Positions 7,820 through 17,896 of a stretch of 32,000 nt of DNA are shown here, piece after piece. Origin of the DNA: Nostoc sp. PCC 7120 = FACHB-418 (GTDB lineage: Bacteria > Cyanobacteriota > Cyanobacteriia > Cyanobacteriales > Nostocaceae); contig NC_003276.1 of assembly GCF_000009705.1 (NCBI RefSeq), forward strand, positions 360,001 to 392,000. Reading direction: 5' to 3'. Numbering within the stretch: the first letter of the stretch is position 1; each line of letters opens with the position of its first letter. Below the pieces are notes generated by a model. That model searched no databases. It saw only the letters and a program-made list of their open reading frames with translations, and had not been told where the DNA came from. The position numbers and the translations under genes are program-made.

Positions 7820-8899
7820 TCACTCTCCTAAATAAATACCTAAACCACGAGCAGTTTTGACCAGAGCATCTTCTGGGTTAACGGCTTTGTACTGAGCGAT
7901 AGCTTCCTCTATTGGTACAGTAATCACTTGGCGATTTTGCCAAGCAACCATGTAATCATATTTAGCTGCCTCAATCAAATTGACGGCAGCTACACCAAAA
8001 GCAGATGCGACTAATCGGTCTAGAGGTGAAGCTATACCACCGCGTTGGATATGTCCTAAGACTGTGACTCGTGTTTCTGCACCAATGCGATCGCTAATTT
8101 GATCGGCTAGATATTCGCCAATTCCACCATATCGTGATTGACCCAAACGATTAGTTAGGGTGAGAATTTCACCGTCTTGAGTTCGTACTGCTTCGGAGAC
8201 AATAATTAAACAATAGTTTTTGCCTTCTTCTTGACGGTGTTTAATGTGGTAGCAAATGTCATCCATGCTGTAGAGAATTTCGGGAATTAAAATCACATCT
8301 GCACCCCCAGCAATTCCCGCAGCGAGGGCGATGTGTCCGGCATCACGACCCATGACTTCTAAAATCATGACTCGACTATGAGAAGCGGCGGTGAAATGTA
8401 ATCTATCGAGTGCTTCTGTGGCAATATTGACAGCTGTATCAAATCCAATGGCGTGTTCAGTAATACCGATATCATTATCAATAGTTTTAGGGATACCGAC
8501 TAAGTTGATAGCGCCTTGTTGTGCAAGGCGACGCAGAATTGCTAAACTACCATCCCCGCCAATGCCAATCAACGCATCTAAATCTAATTGATGATAACCA
8601 GCAATAATTTCTGATGAACGATCACAAAAACTACCATCAGGCATGGGAAAAGCAAATGGATCACCTTTATTGGTAGTTCCTAACATTGTGCCACCAGAGG
8701 TTAATAAAGGATCAACTTGGTCGATTTCTAATTTAGAAACTTGTGGTGGACGTGCCATTAATCCTAAAGTTGCTTGCCGAATACCGAAGACTTCCCAACC
8801 TTTACCGCTAGCACAATGAACAACAGCTCTGATAACTGCATTCAAACCAGAGCAATCCCCGCCACTAGTAAGAATGCCTATTCGCCTACTTTTACTCAT
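7820..8899 (-). CDS. pfkA: ATP-dependent 6-phosphofructokinase
   Basis: The N-terminus RIGILTSGGDCSGLNAVIRAVV, with GGDGS and PKTIDND motifs, is typical of PfkA. Confidence 0.9.
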   Translation of the reverse strand: MSKSRRIGILTSGGDCSGLNAVIRAVVHCASGKGWEVFGIRQATLGLMARPPQVSKLEIDQVDPLLTSGGTMLGTTNKGDPFAFPMPDGSFCDRSSEIIAGYHQLDLDALIGIGGDGSLAILRRLAQQGAINLVGIPKTIDNDIGITEHAIGFDTAVNIATEALDRLHFTAASHSRVMILEVMGRDAGHIALAAGIAGGADVILIPEILYSMDDICYHIKHRQEEGKNYCLIIVSEAVRTQDGEILTLTNRLGQSRYGGIGEYLADQISDRIGAETRVTVLGHIQRGGIASPLDRLVASAFGVAAVNLIEAAKYDYMVAWQNRQVITVPIEEAIAQYKAVNPEDALVKTARGLGIYLGE

Positions 8900-9476
8900 A
8901 TTTTTGAACGTTGTAAATGTAAAATAATTTTACTAACTACTAGATTTAGCTAATATTTAAAATTTCTGATTAAATGTTACGAATTTAGGTACTAAAATTT
9001 TTATATTACTTAATTTTATTCCCAAATAACACCATCAAGTTATTAACAGCAAAGTTTTGCTATTATTTGGAATATAAGCTTAATCTTAAAGTATAGTTTT
9101 TATTATTTAATTACTTAAAAGTCTAGAATAATTCGTGTAGACTATATTCTTCCGAAACAAAAATTCATGTTTCCAGTAGAGTTAATTTAACCTGTGAGTA
9201 AAAAGTGAAATAACAGCATCTGTAGCTTTATACTGATTAAGCGGTTGGGTTTAGCGCGTTAGACTTTACAATCATTAAGCGTTGCTAAATCATCTTAGTT
9301 AAACGCTTCAATGTAGTTCAATACAGTTTGTTTGATTCAATCATAGTCATGATTTTAAATAACTATTTGCTTTATGATTTTTCCTTTGCGCTTAACTACG
9401 CTCTTGCGTTTCCAGCACATTTTTGATAAATCTCTGAAAAGATGGCAGTTTTTTTAAATAAAAGTAGAAAAATATT

Positions 9477-10340
9477 ATGACTCAAATCACACTGATGACA
9501 ATGGACAATTTTAGCATTCGACCAATGAAGAGGTCAGAATTAGATGTGGTAATTGATTGGGCAGCGATTGAAGGCTGGAATCCAGGAATTTATGACGCTG
9601 AATGTTTTTACCAAGCTGACCAATGCGGTTTTTTCGTGGGTGAATTGAATAATGAACTTGTAGCAAGTATTTCTGCGGTTGCCTACTCTCAACACTTTGC
9701 CGTTATTGGCTTTTATATTGTCAAAGAGCAGTTCCGTGGTCGAGGTTTTGGCATGAAGATGTGGAGGACAGCAATGGCATACCTTGGTAGTGAGCGTAAC
9801 ATTAGCTTAGATGGAGTAATTGCTCAACAGGAGAATTACAAAAAATCAGGTTTTCAAATAGCCTACCGCCATATTCGTTATCAGGTTGTAGGCGACGGCG
9901 TTGTGCCGGACGGCATTGTAGAATTGAAAACTGTGCCGTTTGATCAGTTAGTGGTTTATGAGCAGAAGCTTTTTCCGGCAGAGCGCGAACGGTTTCTACG
10001 ACTTTGGATAAAGCAACCAAACAGTGCTGCATATGCAGTTGTTAGAGATGGGCAAATTGTAGGTTATGGAGTCATCCGCCAAAGCCACACAGGTTTGCGG
10101 ATTGGGCCGTTGAATGCTGACAATGAACAAATAGCCGAGCAACTCTTACTCGCCTTGCTTGCTTTTCGTTCTGATGCTTTGGTGTTTCTTGATGTGCCAG
10201 ATGCTAATTTAGAAGCAATAAAACTGGTTCAACGTTACGGCATGAAGCCAGTTTCTGAAGTCGCTCGGATGTATAATAAAGAAATTCCTAACTTGCTTAT
10301 AAATCGTGTATTTGCTGTGACGAGCCTAGAAGTTGGTTAG
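9477..10340 (+). CDS. GNAT family N-acetyltransferase (two-domain, YitH-like)
   Basis: The acetyl-CoA binding motif FRGRGFGMKMW is present, and the two-domain length is about 287 aa. Confidence 0.75.
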   Translation: MTQITLMTMDNFSIRPMKRSELDVVIDWAAIEGWNPGIYDAECFYQADQCGFFVGELNNELVASISAVAYSQHFAVIGFYIVKEQFRGRGFGMKMWRTAMAYLGSERNISLDGVIAQQENYKKSGFQIAYRHIRYQVVGDGVVPDGIVELKTVPFDQLVVYEQKLFPAERERFLRLWIKQPNSAAYAVVRDGQIVGYGVIRQSHTGLRIGPLNADNEQIAEQLLLALLAFRSDALVFLDVPDANLEAIKLVQRYGMKPVSEVARMYNKEIPNLLINRVFAVTSLEVG

Positions 10341-10401
10341 CTAAGTATTATTTCACCAATCAGTCATCGCTTCTAAGCTGCTGAAGGAAACTGCTTTAGT
10401 C

Positions 10402-10992
10402 ATGATCAAGAAAAATTTACTTAATAACGAAATTTTTACTTTAGACAATATTCTTTTAGCACAAGAGTGTGCTGAGTATATTAGTTTAACGGAAAGTATT
10501 GGTTATACAAAAGCTCCGATCAGTACGATTCGAGGGTTCCAGATGCGTCCCGATATCCGCAATAATGAACGTGTTATCCTTGATGATAACCAACGGGCTT
10601 TTGACTTATGGCAGCGTGTGTCAGATCATATTCCTAAGACCATTGGCAGGTGGCAAGCAATAGGATTGAATGAGCGTTTCCGCTTTTATCGTTATGATCC
10701 AGGACAGACATTTGCGATACATCATGACGGTTCTTATCGGCGACCGAATGGGGAAGAAAGTCTGTTAACTTTCATGATTTACTTAAATTAAGGTTTTGAA
10801 GGTGGTGAAACCCGTTTTCATCTTTCGCCTCGGTACTATGAAAAATGCCCTAATATTACTGTGGTTCCAGTTACAGGTATGGCTTTATGTTTTGTTCATG
10901 ACGTTGTGCATGAAGGTGTTGCTGTTGTTCAAGGACGAAAGTATGTTTTACGCTCAGATGTGATGTATCGTCAACAGTCAAGAGTCTATTAG
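10402..10992 (+). pseudogene. 2OG-Fe(II) oxygenase (prolyl 4-hydroxylase-like) with an in-frame TAA at 10789..10791
   Basis: FAIHHDGSY...LTFMIYLN, then TAA, then GFEGGETRFH...VVHEGVAVVQGRKYVLRSDV. The HxD motif and the distal His/Arg motif lie on opposite sides of the stop. Confidence 0.8.
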
Positions 10993-11255
10993 TGGAAGAT
11001 ATTGAATATCTAATTCTTGATACCCAGTTTGCTCATCAAACCTTCTTCCAAAGCAAAAATCTTGGGTAGTACCAATGATTATTTCCTCAGTAGTATAGAT
11101 TATACATCCATCGACAAGATGACCACCAATAGTCTTACCTTGTTGATCTGCTAGAGCAATATGCAGATGTATCCCTTCATTCGATAAAGTTCCATTGAGA
11201 GCTAAAATCTCAGATTTTTCATCAAAGGTTGTACTTTTTTCTTGATTAGCAAAGC
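10978..11255 (-). pseudogene. 5'-truncated PPC/DUF296-like protein
   Basis: It contains EGIHLHIALADQQGKTIGGHLVDGCIIYTTEEIIIG. The N-terminal 12 or so codons of the track ORF derive from the antisense strand of the duplicated methyltransferase fragment that begins at 11256. Confidence 0.6.
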
Positions 11256-11541
11256 GAGGAGGTATTCTGGGAGTGGAAGAACATCGTGCCAAACCAGGTA
11301 TTTCGCTCCAAGAGAGTATAAAAATGGGCTATATGTCAGAAGATGGCGTAATTGCGGCGGTGGAGAAAGTAGGCTTCAAATTAGTAGGCAAGTCAGAAAT
11401 TAATGCCAACCCTCAAGATACCAAAGACTACCCTGGTGGTGTTTGGGCATTACCGCCAACCTTGAGGCAAGGACAAAAGGATCGGCAACGTCTTGTTGCT
11501 ATTGGGGAGAGCGATCGCATGACCCTAAAGTTTGTCAAGCC
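11256..11541 (+). pseudogene. Duplicated 3' fragment of the methyltransferase gene 15893..16804
   Basis: It is near-identical to 16483..16768, with only a few substitutions seen. There is no 5' part. Confidence 0.9.
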
Positions 11542-11623
11542 AAATCGATAATTTATGATGATGGTGTTAAGTTATCGCAGAGTTAGATAATTTGGGAGAG
11601 CCAATCTAACAATAAGTTGAGAT

Positions 11624-11650
11624 GGGAACGCAAGTAATAGTTGCGTTCCC
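11624..11650 (+). other. Perfect 10-bp hairpin (GGGAACGCAA / TTGCGTTCCC, 7-nt loop), 8 nt upstream of the family-gene ATG
   Basis: Seen directly. Its function is unknown. Confidence 0.75.
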
Positions 11651-11658
11651 CAAGTCTG

Positions 11659-12014
11659 ATGAAAATCCTGAACTTCTTCCAACCCAAACCAGCCCAACCA
11701 ACAATTGACAGTTATGGACAATCAAGTAGGGGCGTTGAGCCGGAACAAATTCAATCACTGATGAATGGTTGTTTGCAAGTCTATTGAATGCTGGATATTG
11801 TGGTAAGTCTCACTTAATTTGGTACAACAGCGATAATCTAGACCCCGGTTTAGAGCGTATGTTGAAAAAAGCCATGCGCCGGGGTGAGCCAGTTTTTCTG
11901 TATCGTTGTGGTGGTAGGATATCGCCATTATCTGAAGGGTACTAGTGGCGGATGATGAATGAACACCCATCAATGCGAATTTTTCAACTCGAATTTAAAG
12001 ATGGGAAAGATTAA
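11659..12014 (+). pseudogene. Full-length-span member of the YWRMM small-protein family (copy 3), with a 1-nt frameshift and an in-frame TAG
   Basis: MKILNFFQPKPAQPTIDSYGQSSRGVEPEQIQSLM, a frameshift near 11761..11764, then EWLFASLLNAGYCGKSHLIWYNSDNLDPGLERMLKKAMRRGEPVFLYRCGGRISPLSEGY, TAG (11943..11945), then WRMMNEHPSMRIFQLEFKDGKD. Confidence 0.75.
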
Positions 12015-12144
12015 TTCGATAAATAATTTTTGACTCAAAAGACGGAACTTATATGGTAAAACTCTGTCTATTTGCCTAATATCAATTTCTCTATTAAAAG
12101 ATAGCGACTTGCATTGCAAGTAATTAATCTTCAACTCGAAGAAT

Positions 12145-13086
12145 TTGTCAGCTTTCTTACCCGATTTCTGTAAGGCGATGAAGAAGCAATCCGATCTGCA
12201 TCAACTCTCGAAACGGCAAAAAGATGCTCTGACTATGGCATTGTGGATGGGAAAGACATCTGATGCTAATGCTACAGTTTTTGCGGGTTGCATGAAGCCA
12301 TTATTACTGCGTGCATGGGCGATTTATAAACGTCGTGAACAGCTATCAGCAGATAGCTTGTACCACTATCACTGTGACTTCAATCGCCGATTAAAGCGGT
12401 GTTTGGAATTACAGCAAGACAACAAGCGAGGTTCACAATCAAAGGGGTATTGTAGAAAATTTCCTCATTACTTGTTTGTCTTTTTAGCAGAGACTTCTAG
12501 CCAAACTACTTCTAGCAACCCTAAACCCACCTCGCAGATGAGGAACAATTCTCAAAAAGCTCAGGCTGTTGTTTCAAAGAAACCTAAGTTTCCTTCATCT
12601 CCCTACTACCTAGCTTGGATCGGCTTAGTAAGGAGCTATTTAGCGCTCTGCACAAAAAATCCCAGGATTGTCAAACTCAAAAAAGTCCTTGGTTGTATAA
12701 GCTTAATCCCCATCAAGATTGGCAATGAGCATATAAGAGTACGAGGAGTTTGTATTCACTACCATGATTTATACCATCTTGAGGTTGCTCAACTAGAGAG
12801 AATCCAGATGGGGAAAAACTGGGTGAGTGGAATTCATGGGATTAACTCACGAGTGTTCCATGCTTCTCCAATTGAAGAAGAGTATGACAGTTTTCTTGAT
12901 GAAGCTCGGATTGCCATACATGAGTGGTTAACCCGACCTACTGCCTTCAGTCAACTCAAATTACTTTGCTGGATGACCTTGTTAATATTACAAGGCATCA
13001 ATCCTTTTGTAGTCCTAATTCGGCATATGAGGAGTCTGAGGAAAAAGCCGGAAGAATTTCTACTTCTACCTGTTGATCATTGCTAA
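12145..13086 (+). pseudogene. Possible degenerate IS66-family transposase C-terminal remnant fused to unrelated sequence
   Basis: There is a weak resemblance to the IS66 C-terminal region. MRNNSQKAQAVVSKKPKF...LVRSYLALCTKNPRI resembles ..NN.AERALR..V..RK...F......S...TC...G. The ORF has a TTG start and no DDE core. Confidence 0.3.
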
Positions 13087-13275
13087 ACTCAGATGCGGTT
13101 ATATCCGAGCATTTAACATAGCCAAATTTCCTTGGCAGACTACTATGCGTAGGCGATCGCTTTCCTTCAAAAGTTCTGAACTCAAATAAATACCTGCTAC
13201 TGATCCAAATCACAGCCTGAGACACAGATGTAAGTTACGCTCGATACAAAAACTTAGCCCATTATACATAGATTA

Positions 13276-13950
13276 ATGAACAAGGCAGCGATTATCACAG
13301 TATTTCTAATGCTGCTCGCTGGAGTACCAGCTGTAGCACAAACCAGCTCGCCGAATATGACAGTAGTAAGCGTAGGCGACGGTGATACACTACGAGTCCG
13401 CAATCAGCAGGGGCAGCCAGTGACCATCCGTTTGGCTTGTGTGGATGCACCCAAACTCAAACAAAATCCTTGGGGCCAGCAGTCTAGAACTCGCCTTGGG
13501 CAATTGTTGCCAGTGGGTCAGTCTGTACAAGTTCGGTCAATTGAGAGCGACAAGTACAAAAGACTGGTAGCTGAGGTGTTTGTTAACAACCGCTCTGTCA
13601 ACCTGACAATGGTGCAAGAAGGACAAGCTGTGGTGTATCGGCAATATCTTAAAGGATACACTAACACCAAAGAACAATTTCTCCAGGCTGAGGCTAATGC
13701 TAAACAACAGAAGTTGGGTTTTTGGAACTAATCCCAGCCTGTGATGCCTTGGGATTTCAGACGAGGGAAGAAGAATACTGCGCCTACTACGCGATCGCCG
13801 CAACAGCAGTGCGATTCTTTTTACTCACATTTTTGCATTCTACCCAATGCGGCAGATTTAGATTGTCCTGATATTCCTTACCGCAGATTTAGGGTTAATC
13901 AACCAAATCCACATGGGTTCGATAGGGATGGGATTGATTGTGAGAGATAA
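13276..13950 (+). pseudogene. SNase-like nuclease with Excalibur domain, paralogue of 6539..7066, interrupted by an in-frame TAA at 13729..13731
   Basis: The two track ORFs (13276..13731 and 13741..13950) are in the same frame: ...QKLGFWN, TAA, SQPVMPWDFRR...LDCPD...FDRDGIDCER. The catalytic-site motif reads VDAPKLKQ, against VDAPELKQ in the paralogue. Confidence 0.8.
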
Positions 13951-14042
13951 ATTAATGGTTTAATTAATAAAAAGTTTTTATTGACACTAATAAACTTAAC
14001 AGTTTAACCATAAACATCCAATCTCCCAACAGAAATAATTAT

Positions 14043-14187
14043 GGCTCTTGCGTTGGTTTTATGGTGTGGCATTGAAATAGCCGTTTTATAGCAAGGCTTA
14101 AGAACTTCAACTCCAGTCCTACTAAGGAATATAGGCTCTGATTAGATTTTATTTCTTATTCGACTCCATAAAAGGAACTGAAGAGCC
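14043..14187 (+). mobile_element. 145-bp MITE related to the ISL3 element (copy A)
   Basis: Its terminal inverted repeats are GGCTCTTGCGTTGGTTTTATGGTG and GGCTCTTCAGTTCCTTTTATGGAG (reverse complement). These resemble the IS inverted repeat GGTTCTTCCGGTAGTTTTATGGTG. A perfect 8-bp target duplication ATAATTAT lies at 14035..14042 and 14188..14195. Confidence 0.85.
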
Positions 14188-14587
14188 ATAATTATTAATC
14201 ACCTTAAGAAGGAACTATGACTATTTATGGTGAAATATTCCGCTTGAGAGAAATGAAAAAGCTCCTAGTAGGTTTTGACTAGAAGCTTATCAATTTATTG
14301 CTTGGTAATTGCAGTATGGGCATTTTCAATTTACTTATTCTTCTACTGTAAGAATTAAGCTAAAGTTCAAATGCAACTCAAGGAATAGTGGAATATGGAG
14401 TAAAGCGATCGCACTTCTATTACAATCAATCTTCTGAAACTCCTACTAATACCATTTCACGAAAAATCTGATACAGATGTAAACCTTGAAAACCTTGCTG
14501 CATCTAAGTTTTTTAATTGCGAATTGCGAATTGGTATAACAGGTACGTGCCTTGTTATTATGAAAATTTTGAGATGAGTAATAATTT

Positions 14588-15343
14588 TCAGGAGTGTTGC
14601 TTTTGTTTGAGAATAATACCGGAAACGCCAAAAACTAATATAGCTAAGGTATAAAATGGTTCAGGAACGGCGGCAACAATACTTACCTTATTAATCCCAA
14701 AAGCACGGTTCGGTTCAGAACTGCTAAAAACGAGTCGTGAGATATTGGCTATGTTGCTACGAACGCCAATAAATCGTGCTGAATTATCCAGTGCTAATGA
14801 GGAAGTACCTTGTATTGAAAAAGTATCTAGTAATTTATTTATTTGATCAAAAGCGGAAATGAATAAGGTAAATTCTGAAGTATCGTCAACAGATACCTGA
14901 GTTCCTGCACCAAAAACAGGTTGTTCAAAGGTAATACTCAAAGGGCCTGGGTTGCCAAGAGCGGGAAACGTACCTGGCTGTAAACCAGTCAACAAAATTA
15001 AATCGCCGTTGGCAAAATTTGTGGGAATACCTTGAGGTGGGAAAGCGGTTTGAAACACAAATGGAGGAGTAACACCCGCAACAAATGGAATGTCTACTCT
15101 AAGTCCTAATCCACCACCAGATGTAGCCCTAAATGAATTAGACAGAAAATCTGCCCGGTTGGGAGCAAAGGGGTTAAAGACTTTACCCAAGCTCAACCAA
15201 TCAATTTGGTCATTAGCCTTCAGTGATGCACGCTCAGTTACCAATGTAACTGCTTTAGCTGGTAACTGTAAAAAGGCTATTGAAGCTATAATCGCTAGTT
15301 TTGTAGCAATCACAGGTAGATATTTATTGGTGGCTAATCTCAC
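14588..15343 (-). CDS. PEP-CTERM sorting-domain protein
   Basis: It has an N-terminal signal peptide. The C-terminal VPEP motif is followed by a hydrophobic helix and basic residues (VPEPFYTLAILVFGVSGIILKQKQHS). Confidence 0.8.
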   Translation of the reverse strand: MRLATNKYLPVIATKLAIIASIAFLQLPAKAVTLVTERASLKANDQIDWLSLGKVFNPFAPNRADFLSNSFRATSGGGLGLRVDIPFVAGVTPPFVFQTAFPPQGIPTNFANGDLILLTGLQPGTFPALGNPGPLSITFEQPVFGAGTQVSVDDTSEFTLFISAFDQINKLLDTFSIQGTSSLALDNSARFIGVRSNIANISRLVFSSSEPNRAFGINKVSIVAAVPEPFYTLAILVFGVSGIILKQKQHS

Positions 15344-15892
15344 AAACTTCCTTCCTATTCCCTGAATAAAGTTATCAAATTACTGTAAGCGGCCAAGCTT
15401 ATTGTTGATCGTCAGGGAAAAGGAGCTACACAATGATTAAATATTTTAAAGTGAGTGGTACGCAAGTTAACGCCAAACCAAATATTTATGAGGATGAGCG
15501 GGTGCGGGTGTTGGTGTCGGGAATGAAGAATTAGTAACTTCTGTTTGATTTTGTGGGCGTGAATGCTTATGAATACTACATCCAACATTTAATACTCTAC
15601 TCAGGCAAGGTTTCATTTTTTCAAGCGTACCATCCTAATTTAATTAGTGTAATTATTGAGGATTAGCGAAGGAACTCAAAAATACAGGAAATTCAAGTGC
15701 ATGAGCCAACTAACAGTGCTGATAAAGCCGGCTGCCGAAATGATAATTCTAGCGTTCTGCAATAGATTCATATTACTGGGTTAGTTAGCAGGAAGCACAA
15801 TCTTAGCCGTACCAAGGTTAAACCTGGCTTAAAGAAACTTCTCAGCATTTTGGCTCAAATTCGCCTTATGCTAAAGCCCGAAGGAGAAAAAT

Positions 15893-16804
15893 ATGATGAA
15901 AAAGCATATGTACCGCCTTGGGTTGTTCAAAGCTCTAACTCTAGCTTTATTAGTATTGTTATCTGCATTTGTCCCCAGTGTTCTAGCAAACCAAAGCAGA
16001 AAGCCTGCCAATTTGGATGGCACAACAACACTCCAAAGCATACTGTCAAGCTCTCATCGCTCTGAGGAAAATCGGCAAAGAGACAAGTATCGTCACCCAA
16101 CACAAACTTTGTCATTCTTTGGCTTACGACCAGACATGACAGTAGTTGAATTATGGCCGGGAAGTGGTTGGTATACTGAGATATTAGCTCCATATCTGGC
16201 AGCTAAAGGACAACTAATCGTGACCAACTTCGCCCCAAACGACAGTAAAATCCCAACAGTAGTTTTCCAGCAGAAGTTAGCTACAGCTTTTCAACAGAAG
16301 TTAGAAGCTAACAAAGAAGTTTTTGGCAAGATAAGAGTTGCCCTAATTAATCCACCACAGGAACTGACTTTAGCTCCAGATAACTCTGTAGATATGGTTG
16401 TTACTTTCCGCAATATTCATAACTGGGTAAATGCAGGCTATGCCGAGCAGGTTTATGCAGCAGCGTACAAAGCGCTCAAGCCAGGAGGTATTCTGGGAGT
16501 GGAAGAACATCGTGCCAAACCAGGTATTTCGCTCCAAGAGAGTATAAAAACGGGCTATATGTCAGAAGATGGCGTAATTGCGGCGGTGGAGAAAGTAGGC
16601 TTCAAATTAGTAGGCAAGTCAGAAATTAATGCCAACCCTCAAGATACCAAAGACTACCCTGGTGGTGTTTGGGCATTACCGCCAACCTTGAGGCAAGGAC
16701 AAAAGGATCGGCAACGTCTTGTTGCTATTGGGGAGAGCGATCGCATGACGTTAAAGTTTATTAAGCCCGAAGCAAACATAAATAGTGGTAGCAATGCAAA
16801 GTAG
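15893..16804 (+). CDS. Class I SAM-dependent methyltransferase with an N-terminal signal sequence
   Basis: SAM-binding motif I (VVELWPGSGWYTEILAP) and a signal-like N-terminus are present. Confidence 0.7.
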   Translation: MMKKHMYRLGLFKALTLALLVLLSAFVPSVLANQSRKPANLDGTTTLQSILSSSHRSEENRQRDKYRHPTQTLSFFGLRPDMTVVELWPGSGWYTEILAPYLAAKGQLIVTNFAPNDSKIPTVVFQQKLATAFQQKLEANKEVFGKIRVALINPPQELTLAPDNSVDMVVTFRNIHNWVNAGYAEQVYAAAYKALKPGGILGVEEHRAKPGISLQESIKTGYMSEDGVIAAVEKVGFKLVGKSEINANPQDTKDYPGGVWALPPTLRQGQKDRQRLVAIGESDRMTLKFIKPEANINSGSNAK

Positions 16805-16925
16805 AACCCAGTTGATGGGAATTAATCAAAAAAATAACGAAATGTTGATATCCATTGCTGCACTTACTGTTCTGCTTGAAAATGAGTAACCAAGACAACT
16901 AAAGATAAGATTCAAATCCAAAAAA

Positions 16926-17714
16926 ATGAATATACAAGAACAGCATTGGGAAAGATTATTTGGTCATCTAACTACTGAGGATAGTGCTTGGTACGGAATT
17001 TGGACTGTATATTCGCCAGACCAAGAAATAATCAAGTCTTCTCAAGGTATTCGGAATTTACGTGCAAACATTGATAAAACTGTAATTACGCATATTAATC
17101 AGTTCCCAATGGCAGATGGAGCAGTACAAGAAAAACAGTGGAAAATTGAAAAAGAAACTTGTAATTTAACTGATGGATTATTACATCCAGCCGATGCTTC
17201 TAAAAGAGCGCTTTCGTTAAGCAGTGGTGGCGCTAGTGCTTGGGTTCCGAAAAAGCTTGAATCAGGAAGCGGTTTTTCAGTTGAGTTATTTTTAAAGCAT
17301 GAAGATGGAAATACTAGTATAGGTAGTATATATAGTGAAAATGGTAATTTAGAGAAGATTTTATACCTGCGTGAACATTTAGGTAGTTATCCGCAAATGA
17401 CACAAGGTCAACAGGTAAATAATCTATCAGGAAATTGGAGCGGGAAAAAACAATCAATAACACCTGATTTGCAAATATCAGCACAAGAAGAAGTTCAAGA
17501 TTTAATGTTAGACCCTACTCAGGGCAAGAACAAAAGTTTTTATTTGCCTGAAAGTGTAATTGTAAGTATCCCTAAACAGTTGAAGCTAGGAGAGGCATTT
17601 GATATAGTTGCAGGAAAGTTGATAACAGAAAATAAGTATAAAAGACTGACAGCTAAATATAGTAATCTTGGTGATTTTGTCTTATTGATCTTGGAAGTGT
17701 TTAATAGGGAGTAA
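16926..17714 (+). CDS. Hypothetical protein (possibly DUF3598-like, uncertain)
   Basis: A long ORF whose N-terminus, EQHWERLFGHL...WYGIW, is reminiscent of a cyanobacterial conserved family. I cannot verify this. Confidence 0.5.
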   Translation: MNIQEQHWERLFGHLTTEDSAWYGIWTVYSPDQEIIKSSQGIRNLRANIDKTVITHINQFPMADGAVQEKQWKIEKETCNLTDGLLHPADASKRALSLSSGGASAWVPKKLESGSGFSVELFLKHEDGNTSIGSIYSENGNLEKILYLREHLGSYPQMTQGQQVNNLSGNWSGKKQSITPDLQISAQEEVQDLMLDPTQGKNKSFYLPESVIVSIPKQLKLGEAFDIVAGKLITENKYKRLTAKYSNLGDFVLLILEVFNRE

Positions 17715-17768
17715 TAAAAAACTGTTAAAAATCTCCAGATTAATAATAAAACAATTTTTTTAAATAAC

Positions 17769-17807
17769 GCTTATTTTACTCAACTGTAAGCAATAGAGTA
17801 AATAAGC
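17769..17807. terminator. Hairpin between convergent genes, a candidate bidirectional terminator
   Basis: GCTTATTTTACTC pairs with GAGTAAATAAGC with one unpaired T. It lies in an AT-rich context between 16926..17714 (+) and 17897..18205 (-). Confidence 0.45.
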
Positions 17808-17896
17808 TTAGATATCGCTCATTTGAATTTATCCGCCCGTTTAGAGGCAGTCTTACGGCATAATTCTTAAAGGAAACCCAAGCGTAAGTCGTAGCT

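Noticed and set aside
9176-9215. A possible remnant of an ISL3 transposase start (ATGTTTCCAGTAGAG vs ATGAAGTTTCCAGTAGAAC)
   Set aside because: Only about an 11-nt exact match. There is no adjacent inverted repeat and no extended similarity.
11755-11973. The 72-aa minus-strand ORF
   Set aside because: It is antisense to the YWRMM-family pseudogene. The synonymous-substitution pattern supports the plus strand.
14508-14535. A short tandem heptamer repeat (AATTGCG AATTGCG AATTGG), STRR-like
   Set aside because: There are fewer than three units. That is too short to call a repeat array or assign a function.
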